Assembly: GCA_050251945.1 (NCBI GenBank)
Contig: JBFWLW010000004.1
Span: forward strand, 1-64,000
DNA: 64,000 nucleotides
From: Deferribacterales bacterium
GTDB lineage: Bacteria > Chrysiogenota > Deferribacteres > Deferribacterales > Geovibrionaceae
Direction: 5' to 3'
The first letter of the stretch is position 1, and the number at the start of each line of letters is the position of its first letter. The translations under genes and the position numbers were made by a program. This document shows, one piece after another, positions 1 through 8,691 of the stretch. Below the pieces are notes generated by a model that searched no databases, was not told the origin of the DNA, and saw nothing but the letters and a program-made list of their open reading frames with translations.

Positions 1-130
1 TGCCTGTGTTCTACTGCCTTGTTCATATGCTGATAAGGCTCGTTGTCGGGTATCTTTGTTTGCATGTTTCATTCATAGCATATCGGACAAATTATAATAT
101 ACGTTAATTATTTCGTGATATGCTCTAGTA

Positions 131-251
131 TCGGCGTTTATAACACTTCACATTTCTTCGTTGAAATCCAAAAAATATTGCTCATGTACACATCAGTACA
201 CTGCGCATATTTTTTGCCTTTCGCCTTGAACTGCCCGGTTCTAAACACCGA
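131..251. repeat. RPE1/ERIC-like long palindromic intergenic element, copy 1
   Basis: ~120 bp homologous to 24836-24956; core TTGCTCATGTAC-N6-GTACACTGCGC inside a long stem; terminal IR TCGGCGTTTA...TAAACACCGA. Confidence 0.75.
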
Positions 252-282
252 GCGGGTATCGGGACTGAGCGGAAAATATCCT

Positions 283-433
283 GTCTCTGCGAGGAACGAA
301 GTGACGAAGCAGTCTCGCCTTTTAGTATACGACAATGAGATAAATATGAGATCGCTTCGGGCATAAAACCCTCGCGAAGACGAAAAAGAAAGCCACGTCT
401 CTGCGGGAAAGTCGCAGACTTACGAAGCAGTCT
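283..433. repeat. Cluster of three REP-like units (GTCTCTGCG...GCAGTCT / GAGATCGC...TCGCGAAGACG family)
   Basis: Units at 283-316, 348-382, 396-433; same motifs at 35611, 41830, 49301, 55731, 57755. Confidence 0.8.
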
Positions 434-450
434 GACCAAAGAATAAACAC

Positions 451-480
451 AAAAAAAGCGGACCCGAAAGTCCGCTTTTT
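451..480 (-). terminator. Intrinsic (bidirectional) terminator of flagellin 1
   Basis: AAAAAAAGCGGAC-CCGAAA-GTCCGCTTTTT, 20 nt past the stop codon. Confidence 0.85.
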
Positions 481-499
481 ATATTTTGTGACTCCGCTC

Positions 500-2893
500 T
501 TAGCTGAGGAGCTGAAGAGCAAGCTGAGACTGGGAGTTTGCCTGAGATATCATGGCAACGCCGGCCTGGCTGAGTATCTGGTTTTTAGTGAAATCTGACA
601 TCTCTGAAGCCATGTCAAGGTCGCGTATCCTTGATTCGGAAGCTGTCAGGTTCTCTCTCGTAGTGTCAAGACCTGTGATGGTGTATTCAAGTCTGTTGAT
701 CTGAGCACCGATTGTCGCTCTTGCACTTGAAACTTTATTCAGCGCCGCGTCGATAGCTGTAATAGCTGATTGAGCGCTTTCCTGATCGACCATAAGCACA
801 TCGGAGAGACCCAGTGCGTCTGTGTCTGCCTGTGCGATGCTTGTGTTGATGGTCTGACCTTCGTTCGCACCGATCTGAAGTTCTGTTGAGTTGTCCACAA
901 GGTGAAGTTTGATATCTTCGGCTTCGCCTGCGTCAAACTTCATTGTCTTTTTAGTGTCATCCCAAGTAATATCAAGACCGACTGCGCTGTCTATTTCAAC
1001 GTTTACGCCTGCGATAACGTTTTTCAGAGTGTAGTCGTTAACTTTGTCGGAACCCACGGTTTTGCCTGTGTGAGCGTCTGTAACTGTAACGGTCAGTTCG
1101 CTGTTTTGTCCGTCTTGTATTTTGGCGAGTGAAAGAGCGTTTATGAGGTTCTCGTCGCCGACGAATGACAGCTGGCTGTCAACTCCGAGTTTAGCTGTCT
1201 GGATAACAAACGTGCCTTCGACCGCTTCATTGGAGTTGTCTTTTTCTGTGGTTACATAATTGACAAGGTTGTTGTTAACGTCTGAAACCGTGTCGCTTAC
1301 TGAGCTGTCCGCGCCCATGCCGAGAGCTTTGATAGCATCCGTTACTTTTGTTTCAAAGTCGGAGACAGTATCGTCGCCTTCAAGGTAGATGGTCTGTGAA
1401 GTACCGTTACCGTAGATTGTCAGTTCCTGGGTCTGGTCAAATATGTTACGTCCGTCGTCAGTAGTGAACAGAGCGATGTCTCTCAGTTTGGTTGCAGATG
1501 TTGCGATATCGCCGCCGCCTCTTACTTCAAGGTCGAAAGAACCTGTGTCGGTAAGACCTGCGGGAGTACCGCCGTTGTTGCTCGCTTCTTTGAAGTTCAT
1601 TGTCATTGAACCTATGTCAAGGTTGCCTGTTGATTCATCAAGAGCGGCGTAGTAAACGGTTACGTTGTTGTAATCAATGGTATCGTCGCCGTTGTCTGCT
1701 TTAGTCAGAGAGTTGGTAGCGGTGTACTGCAGAGTGGGTCCTGCCTGGCTGGAAGGTCCGCCGGATATCTGAATAGTACCGCCGCCGGATGTGGCAACGC
1801 CTGCGCCTGTGGAGTCGCCTGATACGCTCAGAAGTATCTTGTCGCCTTTCTGAACGTTGCCTGCCGCGCCGAGATCAATTGTAGTATCAATTGTCAGAGC
1901 GTCTCCGTCTGCATCAGTTGCGCCTGTTGCAAGACCTGTAACAGTGATTGTGCTGCCGCCCACGTTGATAGTGGTGTCGGCCCAGTCGCTTGCTTCGCCT
2001 GTTTTCGCGTTGACAAATCTCACTGAAACAGCAGCAGTACCTGAAGATGTAGTGGTGAAGTTTTCATCAAACTTGATCTCAAGGTATCCTGAATCTGAGA
2101 AGTCTGTGGAGTTTGCAGCTGCGGATGTAACGGAGAAGCTTGATCCTGCCTGAGCGTATGTAGCTGTGACAGAGGCTGAAGTCGTTTCAACAGCCGTTTC
2201 GCCCACTGTTACTGTGTAATAGCTGGTGCCTGATGTTGCGACGGTTTTAATGTCTGAAACGTTACCTACGTTAGTAGTGTTGTCAGTTCCTGCGGCAGTT
2301 GTGATCTCACCGCCGACAGCGTCGTCGTTGAGTGTCATGACGTCTGTTTTATAGACGTAGTTCTTTCCCGCTTCAACTTCGATATTCAGGTTATAGTTGC
2401 CTTCTGCAACCTTACCTGTGACATTTACGTCGATAGCAGATGTTTTGTCTGTCGACCAGAGAGCTGTTGCGTCACCGTTCAGCAGTTTCTTGGTGTTGAA
2501 CTCTGTTGATGAAGCAACGCGGTCGATTTCTTCTTTGAGCTGATCCACTTCTTTCTGGATTTCCGAACGGTCACTTGATGTGTAAACGCCGTTGGATGCC
2601 TGAACAGCGAGCTCTCTCATTCTCTGAGTCATTTCCTGAATGGTTGCCAGACCGCCTTCAGCAGTCTGAAGCATTGAAATACCGTCCTGGGCGTTCATGG
2701 AAGCTCTTTTAAGACCTGAAATCTGCCCGCGCAGTTTCTCAGAAATAGCGAGACCTGATGCGTCGTCAGCCGCGCTGTTGATTCTGAGACCTGAGGAAAG
2801 TCTTTCAAGGTTCTTGGAAATGTTGTTGCTTGTCTGATTTACATAACTCTGCGCAACGAGAGAGTTCGTGTTCGTGTAAACTGTAAGTGCCAT
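500..2893 (-). CDS. fliC: Flagellin (797 aa), copy 1
   Basis: N-term [22 protein letters not shown]...[10 protein letters not shown]-term [12 protein letters not shown]...[17 protein letters not shown]. Confidence 0.97.
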   Translation of the reverse strand: MALTVYTNTNSLVAQSYVNQTSNNISKNLERLSSGLRINSAADDASGLAISEKLRGQISGLKRASMNAQDGISMLQTAEGGLATIQEMTQRMRELAVQASNGVYTSSDRSEIQKEVDQLKEEIDRVASSTEFNTKKLLNGDATALWSTDKTSAIDVNVTGKVAEGNYNLNIEVEAGKNYVYKTDVMTLNDDAVGGEITTAAGTDNTTNVGNVSDIKTVATSGTSYYTVTVGETAVETTSASVTATYAQAGSSFSVTSAAANSTDFSDSGYLEIKFDENFTTTSSGTAAVSVRFVNAKTGEASDWADTTINVGGSTITVTGLATGATDADGDALTIDTTIDLGAAGNVQKGDKILLSVSGDSTGAGVATSGGGTIQISGGPSSQAGPTLQYTATNSLTKADNGDDTIDYNNVTVYYAALDESTGNLDIGSMTMNFKEASNNGGTPAGLTDTGSFDLEVRGGGDIATSATKLRDIALFTTDDGRNIFDQTQELTIYGNGTSQTIYLEGDDTVSDFETKVTDAIKALGMGADSSVSDTVSDVNNNLVNYVTTEKDNSNEAVEGTFVIQTAKLGVDSQLSFVGDENLINALSLAKIQDGQNSELTVTVTDAHTGKTVGSDKVNDYTLKNVIAGVNVEIDSAVGLDITWDDTKKTMKFDAGEAEDIKLHLVDNSTELQIGANEGQTINTSIAQADTDALGLSDVLMVDQESAQSAITAIDAALNKVSSARATIGAQINRLEYTITGLDTTRENLTASESRIRDLDMASEMSDFTKNQILSQAGVAMISQANSQSQLALQLLS

Positions 2894-2935
2894 GATATTA
2901 CCTCCGTGTAATGATCACCGACCTCCGTGCCGGTG
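2894..2935 (-). promoter_or_regulatory. Two CsrA-type ACGGA hairpins, the second covering the SD of flagellin 1
   Basis: Minus strand CACCGGC-ACGGAG-GTCGGTG and ATTAC-ACGGAG-GTAAT directly before ATG. Confidence 0.75.
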
Positions 2936-3047
2936 GCTTTGTTAATGGCCAGTCATATTAAACTGTTGTTCCAGAGCAAAATGCCCTATATCCGATATGG
3001 ATTGAAGATTGTCTTTTAACCTCTCTGTAAAGTTATTCGCTCCAAGC

Positions 3048-3113
3048 GGAACTGAAAACAAAAAAGACCGATGCTGTATTTCCTACAGTCATCGGCCTGA
3101 GTGTTTCAGTACC
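3048..3113 (-). promoter_or_regulatory. Conserved flagellin 5'-leader terminator/attenuator, copy 1
   Basis: Minus strand GGTACTGAAACACTCAGGCCGATGACTGTAGGAAATACAGCATCGGTCTTTTTTGTTTTCAG; present upstream of all three flagellins. Confidence 0.75.
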
Positions 3114-3139
3114 TTTCATATTCTTCTGTTGTGGTATTA

Positions 3140-3167
3140 GTATCGTCATGACAAAAAGGAAACTTTA
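3140..3167 (-). promoter_or_regulatory. Sigma28 (FliA) promoter of flagellin 1
   Basis: TAAA-N16-GACGATAC on the minus strand (consensus TAAA-N15/16-GCCGATAA). Confidence 0.75.
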
Positions 3168-3242
3168 AAGAATTTTTTTGAAAAAATTTCGTGTTTTAGA
3201 AAATACCTTTATTTATTAGTAAGTTATCGTTGACAAAATAAT

Positions 3243-3330
3243 AAAAAAAGCGAACGCAACGATCCGCTCAGGTTCATGGCAGGCATTTTTTCTGCCTTAA
3301 ACCTGAGCGGACCCGAAGGTCCGCCCTTTA
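3243..3330 (-). terminator. Flagellin 2 terminator interrupted by a ~55-bp hairpin insertion
   Basis: GCGGAC-CCGAAG-GTCCGC matches the flagellin 1 terminator but is separated from its A7 tract by CCGCTCAGGTT...AACCTGAGCGG. Confidence 0.65.
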
Positions 3331-3348
3331 TATTGCGTGACTCTGCTC

Positions 3349-5742
3349 TTAGCCGAGGAGCTGAAGAGCAAGCTGAGACTGGGAGTTTGCCTGAGATATC
3401 ATGGCAACGCCAGCCTGGCTGAGTATCTGGTTTTTGGTGAAATCTGACATCTCTGAAGCCATATCAAGGTCGCGTATCCTTGATTCAGAAGCTGTCAGGT
3501 TTTCTCTTGTAGTGTCAAGACCGGTGATGGTGTATTCAAGTCTGTTGATCTGAGCACCGATTGTCGCTCTTGCACTTGATATTTTGTTCAGCGCGTTATC
3601 TATCATGGTGATAGATGACTGTGCGCTCTCCTGATCGACCATAAGCACATCAGAGAGACCCAGCGCGTCTGTGTCTGCCTGTGCGATGCTTGTGTTGATG
3701 GTCTGACCTTCGTTCGCACCGATCTGAAGCTCTGTTGAGTTGTCCACAAGGTGAAGTTTAACGTCTTCGGCATCGCCGGCTTCAAACTTCATAGCCTTTT
3801 TAGTGTCATCCCAAGAGATATCAAGACCGACTGCGCTGTCTATTTTAACATTTACACCTGCGATAACGTTTTTCAGAGTGTAGTCGTTAACTTTGTCGGA
3901 ACCCACGGTTTTACCTGTGTGGGCGTCTGTAACTGTAACTGTCAGTTCGCTGTTTTCAGCATCCTGAATCTGTACCAGTGAAAGAGCGTTGATGAGGTTT
4001 TCATCACCGACGAATGACAGCTGGCTGTCTTCGCCAAGTTTAGCTGTCTGGATAACGAACGTGCCGTCAACAGCTTCGTTGGAGTTGTCTTTCTCTGTAG
4101 TTACATAGTTGACAAGGTTGTTGTTAACATCTGAAACTGAGTCGCTTACTGAGCTGTCTGCACCCATTCCGAGAGATTTGATAGCGTCAGTCATTTTTGT
4201 TTCAAAATCTGACAGAGTATCGTCGCCTTCAAGGAAGATGGTCTGTGAAGTACCGTTTCCGTAGATTGTCAGTTCCTGAGTCTGGTCGAATATGTTACGT
4301 CCGTCGTCAGTAGTGAACAGAGCGATGTCTCTCAGTTTGGTTGCCGATGTTGCAACGTCACCGCCGCCTCTCACTTCAAGGTCTAAAGAACCTGTGTCTG
4401 TGAGACCTGTAGGAGTACCGGCGTCATTGCTCGCTTCTTTGAAGTTCATTGTCATGGAACCTATGTCAAGGTTGCCTGTTGATTCATCAAGAGCGGCATA
4501 GTAAACGGTTACGTTGTTGTAGTCGATGGTATCGTCGCCGTTGTCTGCTTTAGTCAGAGAGTTGGTAGCGGTGTACTGCAGAGTGGGTCCTGCCTGGCTG
4601 GAAGGTCCGCCGGATATCTGAATAGTACCGCCGCCGGATGTGGCAACGCCTGCACCTGTAGAGTCGCCGGATATGCTCAGAAGCACTTTGTCGCCTTTCT
4701 GAACGTTGCCCGCAACGCCGAGATCGATTGTAGTATCAATTGTCAGAGCGTCTCCGTCTGCATCAGTTGCGCCTGTTGCAAGACCTGTAACAGCGATTGT
4801 GCTGCCGCCCACAGTGATTGTGGTGTCCGCCCAGTCGCTTGCTTCGCCTGTTTTCGCGTTGACAAATCTCACTGAAACAGCAGCAGTACCTGAAGATGTA
4901 GTGGTGAAGTCTTCACCGAATTTGATCTCAAGGTATCCTGAATCTGAGAAGTCAGTGGAGTTTGCAGCGGCGGATGTAACGGAGAAGCTTGATCCTGCCT
5001 GAGCGTACGTGGCTGTGACAGAAGCTGAAGTGTTTTCAACAGCCGTTTCGCCCACTGTTACTGTGTAATAGCTGGTGCCTGATGTTGCAACTGTGTTGAT
5101 ATCTGTTACTGAGGAAACGTTGGTAGTATTGTCAGTTCCTGCGGCAGTTGTGATCTCTCCGCCGACAGCGTCTGCGTTGAGTGTCATAACGTCTGTTTTA
5201 TAAACAGCGTTTTTACCTGCTGAAACTTCGATGTTCAGGTTATAGTTGCCTTCTGCAACCTGACCTGTGACATTTACGTCAATAGCGGAAGTATTGTCTG
5301 ATGACCAGAGAGCTGTTGAATCACCGTTCAGCAGTTTCTTAGTGTTGAACTCTGTTGATGAAGCAACGCGGTCAATCTCTTCTTTAAGCTGATCCACTTC
5401 TTTCTGGATTTCCGAACGGTCGTTTGATGTGTAAACGCCGTTGGATGCCTGAACAGCGAGTTCTCTCATTCTCTGGGTCATTTCCTGAATGGTTGCCAGA
5501 CCGCCTTCAGCAGTCTGAAGCATAGAGATACCGTCCTGGGCGTTCATGGAAGCTCTTTTAAGACCTGAAATCTGCCCGCGCAGTTTCTCAGAAATAGCGA
5601 GACCTGATGCGTCGTCAGATGCGCTGTTGATTCTGAGACCTGAGGAAAGTTTCTCAAGGTTTTTGGAAATGTTGTTGCTTGTCTGGTTTACATAACTCTG
5701 CGCAACGAGAGAGTTCGTGTTCGTGTAAACTGTAAGTGCCAT
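3349..5742 (-). CDS. fliC: Flagellin (797 aa), copy 2
   Basis: Same motifs as copy 1; start moved to ATG 5742 (MALTVY, SD GGAGG) by homology with copies 1 and 3. Confidence 0.97.
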   Translation of the reverse strand: MALTVYTNTNSLVAQSYVNQTSNNISKNLEKLSSGLRINSASDDASGLAISEKLRGQISGLKRASMNAQDGISMLQTAEGGLATIQEMTQRMRELAVQASNGVYTSNDRSEIQKEVDQLKEEIDRVASSTEFNTKKLLNGDSTALWSSDNTSAIDVNVTGQVAEGNYNLNIEVSAGKNAVYKTDVMTLNADAVGGEITTAAGTDNTTNVSSVTDINTVATSGTSYYTVTVGETAVENTSASVTATYAQAGSSFSVTSAAANSTDFSDSGYLEIKFGEDFTTTSSGTAAVSVRFVNAKTGEASDWADTTITVGGSTIAVTGLATGATDADGDALTIDTTIDLGVAGNVQKGDKVLLSISGDSTGAGVATSGGGTIQISGGPSSQAGPTLQYTATNSLTKADNGDDTIDYNNVTVYYAALDESTGNLDIGSMTMNFKEASNDAGTPTGLTDTGSLDLEVRGGGDVATSATKLRDIALFTTDDGRNIFDQTQELTIYGNGTSQTIFLEGDDTLSDFETKMTDAIKSLGMGADSSVSDSVSDVNNNLVNYVTTEKDNSNEAVDGTFVIQTAKLGEDSQLSFVGDENLINALSLVQIQDAENSELTVTVTDAHTGKTVGSDKVNDYTLKNVIAGVNVKIDSAVGLDISWDDTKKAMKFEAGDAEDVKLHLVDNSTELQIGANEGQTINTSIAQADTDALGLSDVLMVDQESAQSSITMIDNALNKISSARATIGAQINRLEYTITGLDTTRENLTASESRIRDLDMASEMSDFTKNQILSQAGVAMISQANSQSQLALQLLG

Positions 5743-5786
5743 GATATTACCTCCGTGTAATATTTCACCGGCATCCGTGCCGATGA
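5743..5786 (-). promoter_or_regulatory. Two CsrA-type ACGGA hairpins before flagellin 2
   Basis: TCATCGGC-ACGGAT-GCCGGTGA and ATATTAC-ACGGAG-GTAATAT. Confidence 0.75.
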
Positions 5787-5899
5787 TAAGATGGTATGGC
5801 AAACGTTTTGCATTTGCAGAGCATAAGGCATGCTCTATTTCCGATTGTAGGTTATAGCTTCACTGTTAAAGTGCTCTTAAAAAGGATGCACCCCCATCG

Positions 5900-5966
5900 G
5901 GAACTAAAAACAAAAAAAGACCGACGCTGTATTTCATACAGTCATCGGTCTGATTGCTTCAGTACC
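5900..5966 (-). promoter_or_regulatory. Conserved flagellin 5'-leader terminator/attenuator, copy 2
   Basis: GGTACTGAAGCAATCAGACCGATGACTGTATGAAATACAGCGTCGGTCTTTTTTTGTTTTTAG. Confidence 0.75.
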
Positions 5967-5993
5967 TTTTCATATTCTTCTGTTGTGGTATTA

Positions 5994-6020
5994 GTATCGT
6001 CACCGCGAAAGGAAACTTAA
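5994..6020 (-). promoter_or_regulatory. Sigma28 promoter of flagellin 2
   Basis: TTAA-N15-GACGATAC; downstream sequence shared with the flagellin 1 leader. Confidence 0.7.
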
Positions 6021-6256
6021 CAGAAATTGTTTATTTTTTGACCACTTATTTCTATTTTTTCGAGAATCATGATTGGGCGGGGGATTGAGAGAAAAATGTC
6101 AGAAATAACTGAAAACTTTAATGTTTTATTTTTCTTAAAAATATAATGTCAAAATTAAATATTAACGTACCGGAAAAAATGCCTGAAAAATGCCCACTGC
6201 ATCAGATTGGAAAAATGAACAGAAAAGATGTGCTTCCAGCGTGACTTGCGAAATAA

Positions 6257-6284
6257 AGAAAGCGGCTCGTTGGAGCCGCTTTCT
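6257..6284 (-). terminator. Intrinsic terminator after the pilin-like gene
   Basis: AGAAAGCGGCTC-GTTG-GAGCCGCTTTCT, U-rich tail on the minus strand. Confidence 0.8.
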
Positions 6285-6306
6285 GTAAAAATTCATTATT
6301 ATATTT

Positions 6307-6852
6307 TTATTCCAGAACAATACACATTGCGCCGGATGCGGCTGTATCGGGATAGGGTGTCACAGCAGCAGCAGCAGTGGCTGTCGCCGCGTAGCGTATA
6401 TCCCCTGAATCAGGGGTGCCGTCGTCAAACTGAGTGTCTATGGATTTAATGACATCTGACATGACCGCAGAGAAACACACAAGATTGTTGTCGGAGAAGC
6501 CCATTATCTTTGCTGTGGATATTGCGGATGTTCCTGTGGTGCCGCCGCCGAAAACGTTGTTAGGTTCAGTTTCGCCGTTGCCTGAATAGAGATTTTCGTC
6601 TCTGAGGTCACCCCAGAACGTGCTTGTGCCCGTATCTATTTTACCGTTAGAATCAGCATCGCCGGCTATTGTTCCGGTTCTGTCAAAATAAGTCATATAC
6701 GCAGTCTGAATGTTCTGGTATTCTCTGTAGAGCTTCTTGGTTTTCGCACTTTTAACCAGTTCGGTGCCTTTCACCACGCCGCCAAGAATAACTCCTATGA
6801 TAACAAGCACGATAGCAAGTTCTACCAGTGTAAAACCTTTGCTGTTGTTCAT
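6307..6852 (-). CDS. Type IV pilin/pseudopilin with prepilin cleavage-methylation motif
   Basis: KG|FTLVELAIVLVIIGVILGG class III signal; two C-terminal Cys; SD AGGAGG. Confidence 0.9.
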   Translation of the reverse strand: MNNSKGFTLVELAIVLVIIGVILGGVVKGTELVKSAKTKKLYREYQNIQTAYMTYFDRTGTIAGDADSNGKIDTGTSTFWGDLRDENLYSGNGETEPNNVFGGGTTGTSAISTAKIMGFSDNNLVCFSAVMSDVIKSIDTQFDDGTPDSGDIRYAATATAAAAVTPYPDTAASGAMCIVLE

Positions 6853-7002
6853 TATATTCCTCCTGTTAGATAATTGCAGAACAAACAGATGATACTATAA
6901 TACAGGGTAAAATCAACATGTAAAAGCATTCTGCAGACTATATTCACGAAACTATGAAAATATATTCACATTGCGCAGTTTGCCGCAATAGCTATTTTTA
7001 TA

Positions 7003-7031
7003 TTGAATACTTGATAGGGTTGTGATATAAC
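7003..7031 (+). promoter_or_regulatory. Putative sigma70 promoter of the rpmE operon
   Basis: TTGAAT-N17-TATAAC. Confidence 0.5.
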
Positions 7032-7072
7032 CCTTGTTCCGTTGAAAAAGATAATCCCAGAGGTAAACATAG

Positions 7073-7282
7073 ATGAAAAAAGATATCCATCCCAACGTAC
7101 AAGATGTAGTATTTAAATGCGCATGCGGCGCTGAAATACCCACAAGATCGACAGTTGCACCCGAAAAAGCGAATGTAGCGATCTGTTCTTCATGCCACCC
7201 TTTCTTCACAGGCAAGCAGAAGTTTATAGATACTGCCGGCCGTGTTGAAAAATTCATGAAGAAATACAACAAAGCAAAATAA
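7073..7282 (+). CDS. rpmE: 50S ribosomal protein L31 (Zn-binding type)
   Basis: MKKDIHP...CACG...[13 protein letters not shown]...GRVEKF. Confidence 0.97.
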   Translation: MKKDIHPNVQDVVFKCACGAEIPTRSTVAPEKANVAICSSCHPFFTGKQKFIDTAGRVEKFMKKYNKAK

Positions 7283-7292
7283 TTTCAGAATC

Positions 7293-8024
7293 ATGGAAAA
7301 CAGCAGCGGCCGCAAAGGCGGGCTTAATGTTAAGCTGGTTGCAAAAACAGCCGACGGAGAGCTTGTTTCCGCGTTGGCCGCTAAACTGTGCTATTCTGAT
7401 TCCGACATTGAAGGGCTGCTTGAGAAGATAAGCAGCAAGGAACAGTCGGACTTCATACAAAAGATAGTGTCCATGGGGCACCATTCAGTATTGGAGCATC
7501 TAAACTTCACCTTCGGCGTTGAAGGTGTGTCCCGCGCTCTCACACATCAGCTTGTCCGCCACCGCATAGCCAGTTATTCACAGAAATCGCAGAGATATGT
7601 TAAGCACGGTTCGGAGTTTGAATACATCACTCCCCATACCGTTGCCGAAAACCCTGAGCTTCTGGAACAGTATGAAAAGGCGATGCAGGACATCGGCAGG
7701 GCTTATGATAAACTTCTGAAAGCGGGGGTGCCTGCTGAAGATGCCAGATACGTTCTTCCGAACGCCTGCGAAACAAAAATAATCATCACCATGAATGCCC
7801 GCGAGCTTCTGCATTATTTCTCAATACGCTGCTGTGAAAGAGCGCAGTGGGAGATACGCGAAATGTCTTTTCAGATGCTTCGTCTGTGCCGTAAAGAGGC
7901 TCCGTCCATATTCGGCGACGCCGGACCGGGATGCGTCCGCGGTAAATGTCCCGAAGGCGCCTTCACATGCGGAAAGTCGAAAGAGATAAGAGAAAAATTC
8001 ACCGACAAGAAAAACTTTCTTTAG
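7293..8024 (+). CDS. thyX: FAD-dependent thymidylate synthase
   Basis: GHHSVLEH; RHRIASYSQKSQRY ThyX motif; AQWEIR. Confidence 0.95.
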   Translation: MENSSGRKGGLNVKLVAKTADGELVSALAAKLCYSDSDIEGLLEKISSKEQSDFIQKIVSMGHHSVLEHLNFTFGVEGVSRALTHQLVRHRIASYSQKSQRYVKHGSEFEYITPHTVAENPELLEQYEKAMQDIGRAYDKLLKAGVPAEDARYVLPNACETKIIITMNARELLHYFSIRCCERAQWEIREMSFQMLRLCRKEAPSIFGDAGPGCVRGKCPEGAFTCGKSKEIREKFTDKKNFL

Positions 8025-8079
8025 CGTTTTTGTTCTATAGTCTTATATTCCATAAAGGAAAATCTATCTTAATTATCAG

Positions 8080-8120
8080 CTCCCTCCTTTAACATAAAGA
8101 AGGGCTGGGGCGGATTTGAT
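8080..8120. repeat. REP-like unit immediately upstream of the DUF559 gene
   Basis: CTCCCTCCTTT-N5-AAAGAAGGG-CTGGGGCGGATTTGAT; same unit as 8525-8563. Confidence 0.75.
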
Positions 8121-8122
8121 TT

Positions 8123-8482
8123 ATGAGAGAATATAATAGAGATTTGAAAGCATTTTCCAGAGAGTTAAGAAAGAACATGACCGATGCCGAACAGATTATG
8201 TGGAGGCATTTACGAGGAAAACAAATACACGGGCTGCCGTTTTACAGGCAGAAAATTATAGGTAGTTTTATTGTTGATTTTTATTGTCCTAAAGTTTCGG
8301 TTGTTGTTGAAATTGATGGTGGTCAGCACTATGAAAATGAAGCATTGATATCTGATGAATCAAGAGACAAAACATTAGGGGAACTTGGCATAAAAGTTAT
8401 CAGATATAATAACGCGGAAGTAATGGGGAATCTGAACGGTGTTTTGAATAATCTTTATGATGAAATAAGAAAAAGAATATAG
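8123..8482 (+). CDS. DUF559 / Vsr-like endonuclease domain protein
   Basis: RELRKNMTDAE..W..LR, FYRQ, IVDFYC, VEIDGGQH, D..RD..L...G..VIR; visibly more AT-rich than neighbours. Confidence 0.9.
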   Translation: MREYNRDLKAFSRELRKNMTDAEQIMWRHLRGKQIHGLPFYRQKIIGSFIVDFYCPKVSVVVEIDGGQHYENEALISDESRDKTLGELGIKVIRYNNAEVMGNLNGVLNNLYDEIRKRI

Positions 8483-8490
8483 AGTCTCTC

Positions 8491-8644
8491 AGGTTGTTAA
8501 TGAGTTAAAGATAGATTGTCTTGCCCCCTCCTTTAGCAAAGGGAGGGCTGGGGTGGATTTGATTGATATTTAATCAAAATCCCCCTTAATCCCCCTTTTT
8601 CTAAAGGGGGAGATAGGAACTAAAATTCAATTTGTCATCAGCCT
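8491..8644. mobile_element. ~153-bp MITE carrying an inverted REP doublet, copy 1 (opposite orientation to the others)
   Basis: Ends AGGTTGTTAATGA...TTTGTCATCAGCCT; reverse-complement homolog of 23159-23311 and 57544-57696. Confidence 0.8.
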
Positions 8645-8691
8645 GAACCTCCCTTTTACGAAAGGGAGGCTTAAATAAAACGGAGAAAATA

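Noticed and set aside
115..522. Short ORFs at the window start
   Set aside because: They run through palindromic repeat elements and a terminator, with no SD or motifs.
902..2153. Small + strand ORFs repeated within each flagellin
   Set aside because: Their recurrence follows from flagellin paralogy.
3048..3113. c-di-GMP riboswitch in flagellin leaders
   Set aside because: No GGCAAAC...GAAA...GCAAA class I signature or class II features were recognised; kept as an unknown motif.
5743..5802. 20-aa N-terminal extension of flagellin 2
   Set aside because: Copies 1 and 3 start at MALTVY with a strong SD; the extension overlaps the CsrA hairpins.
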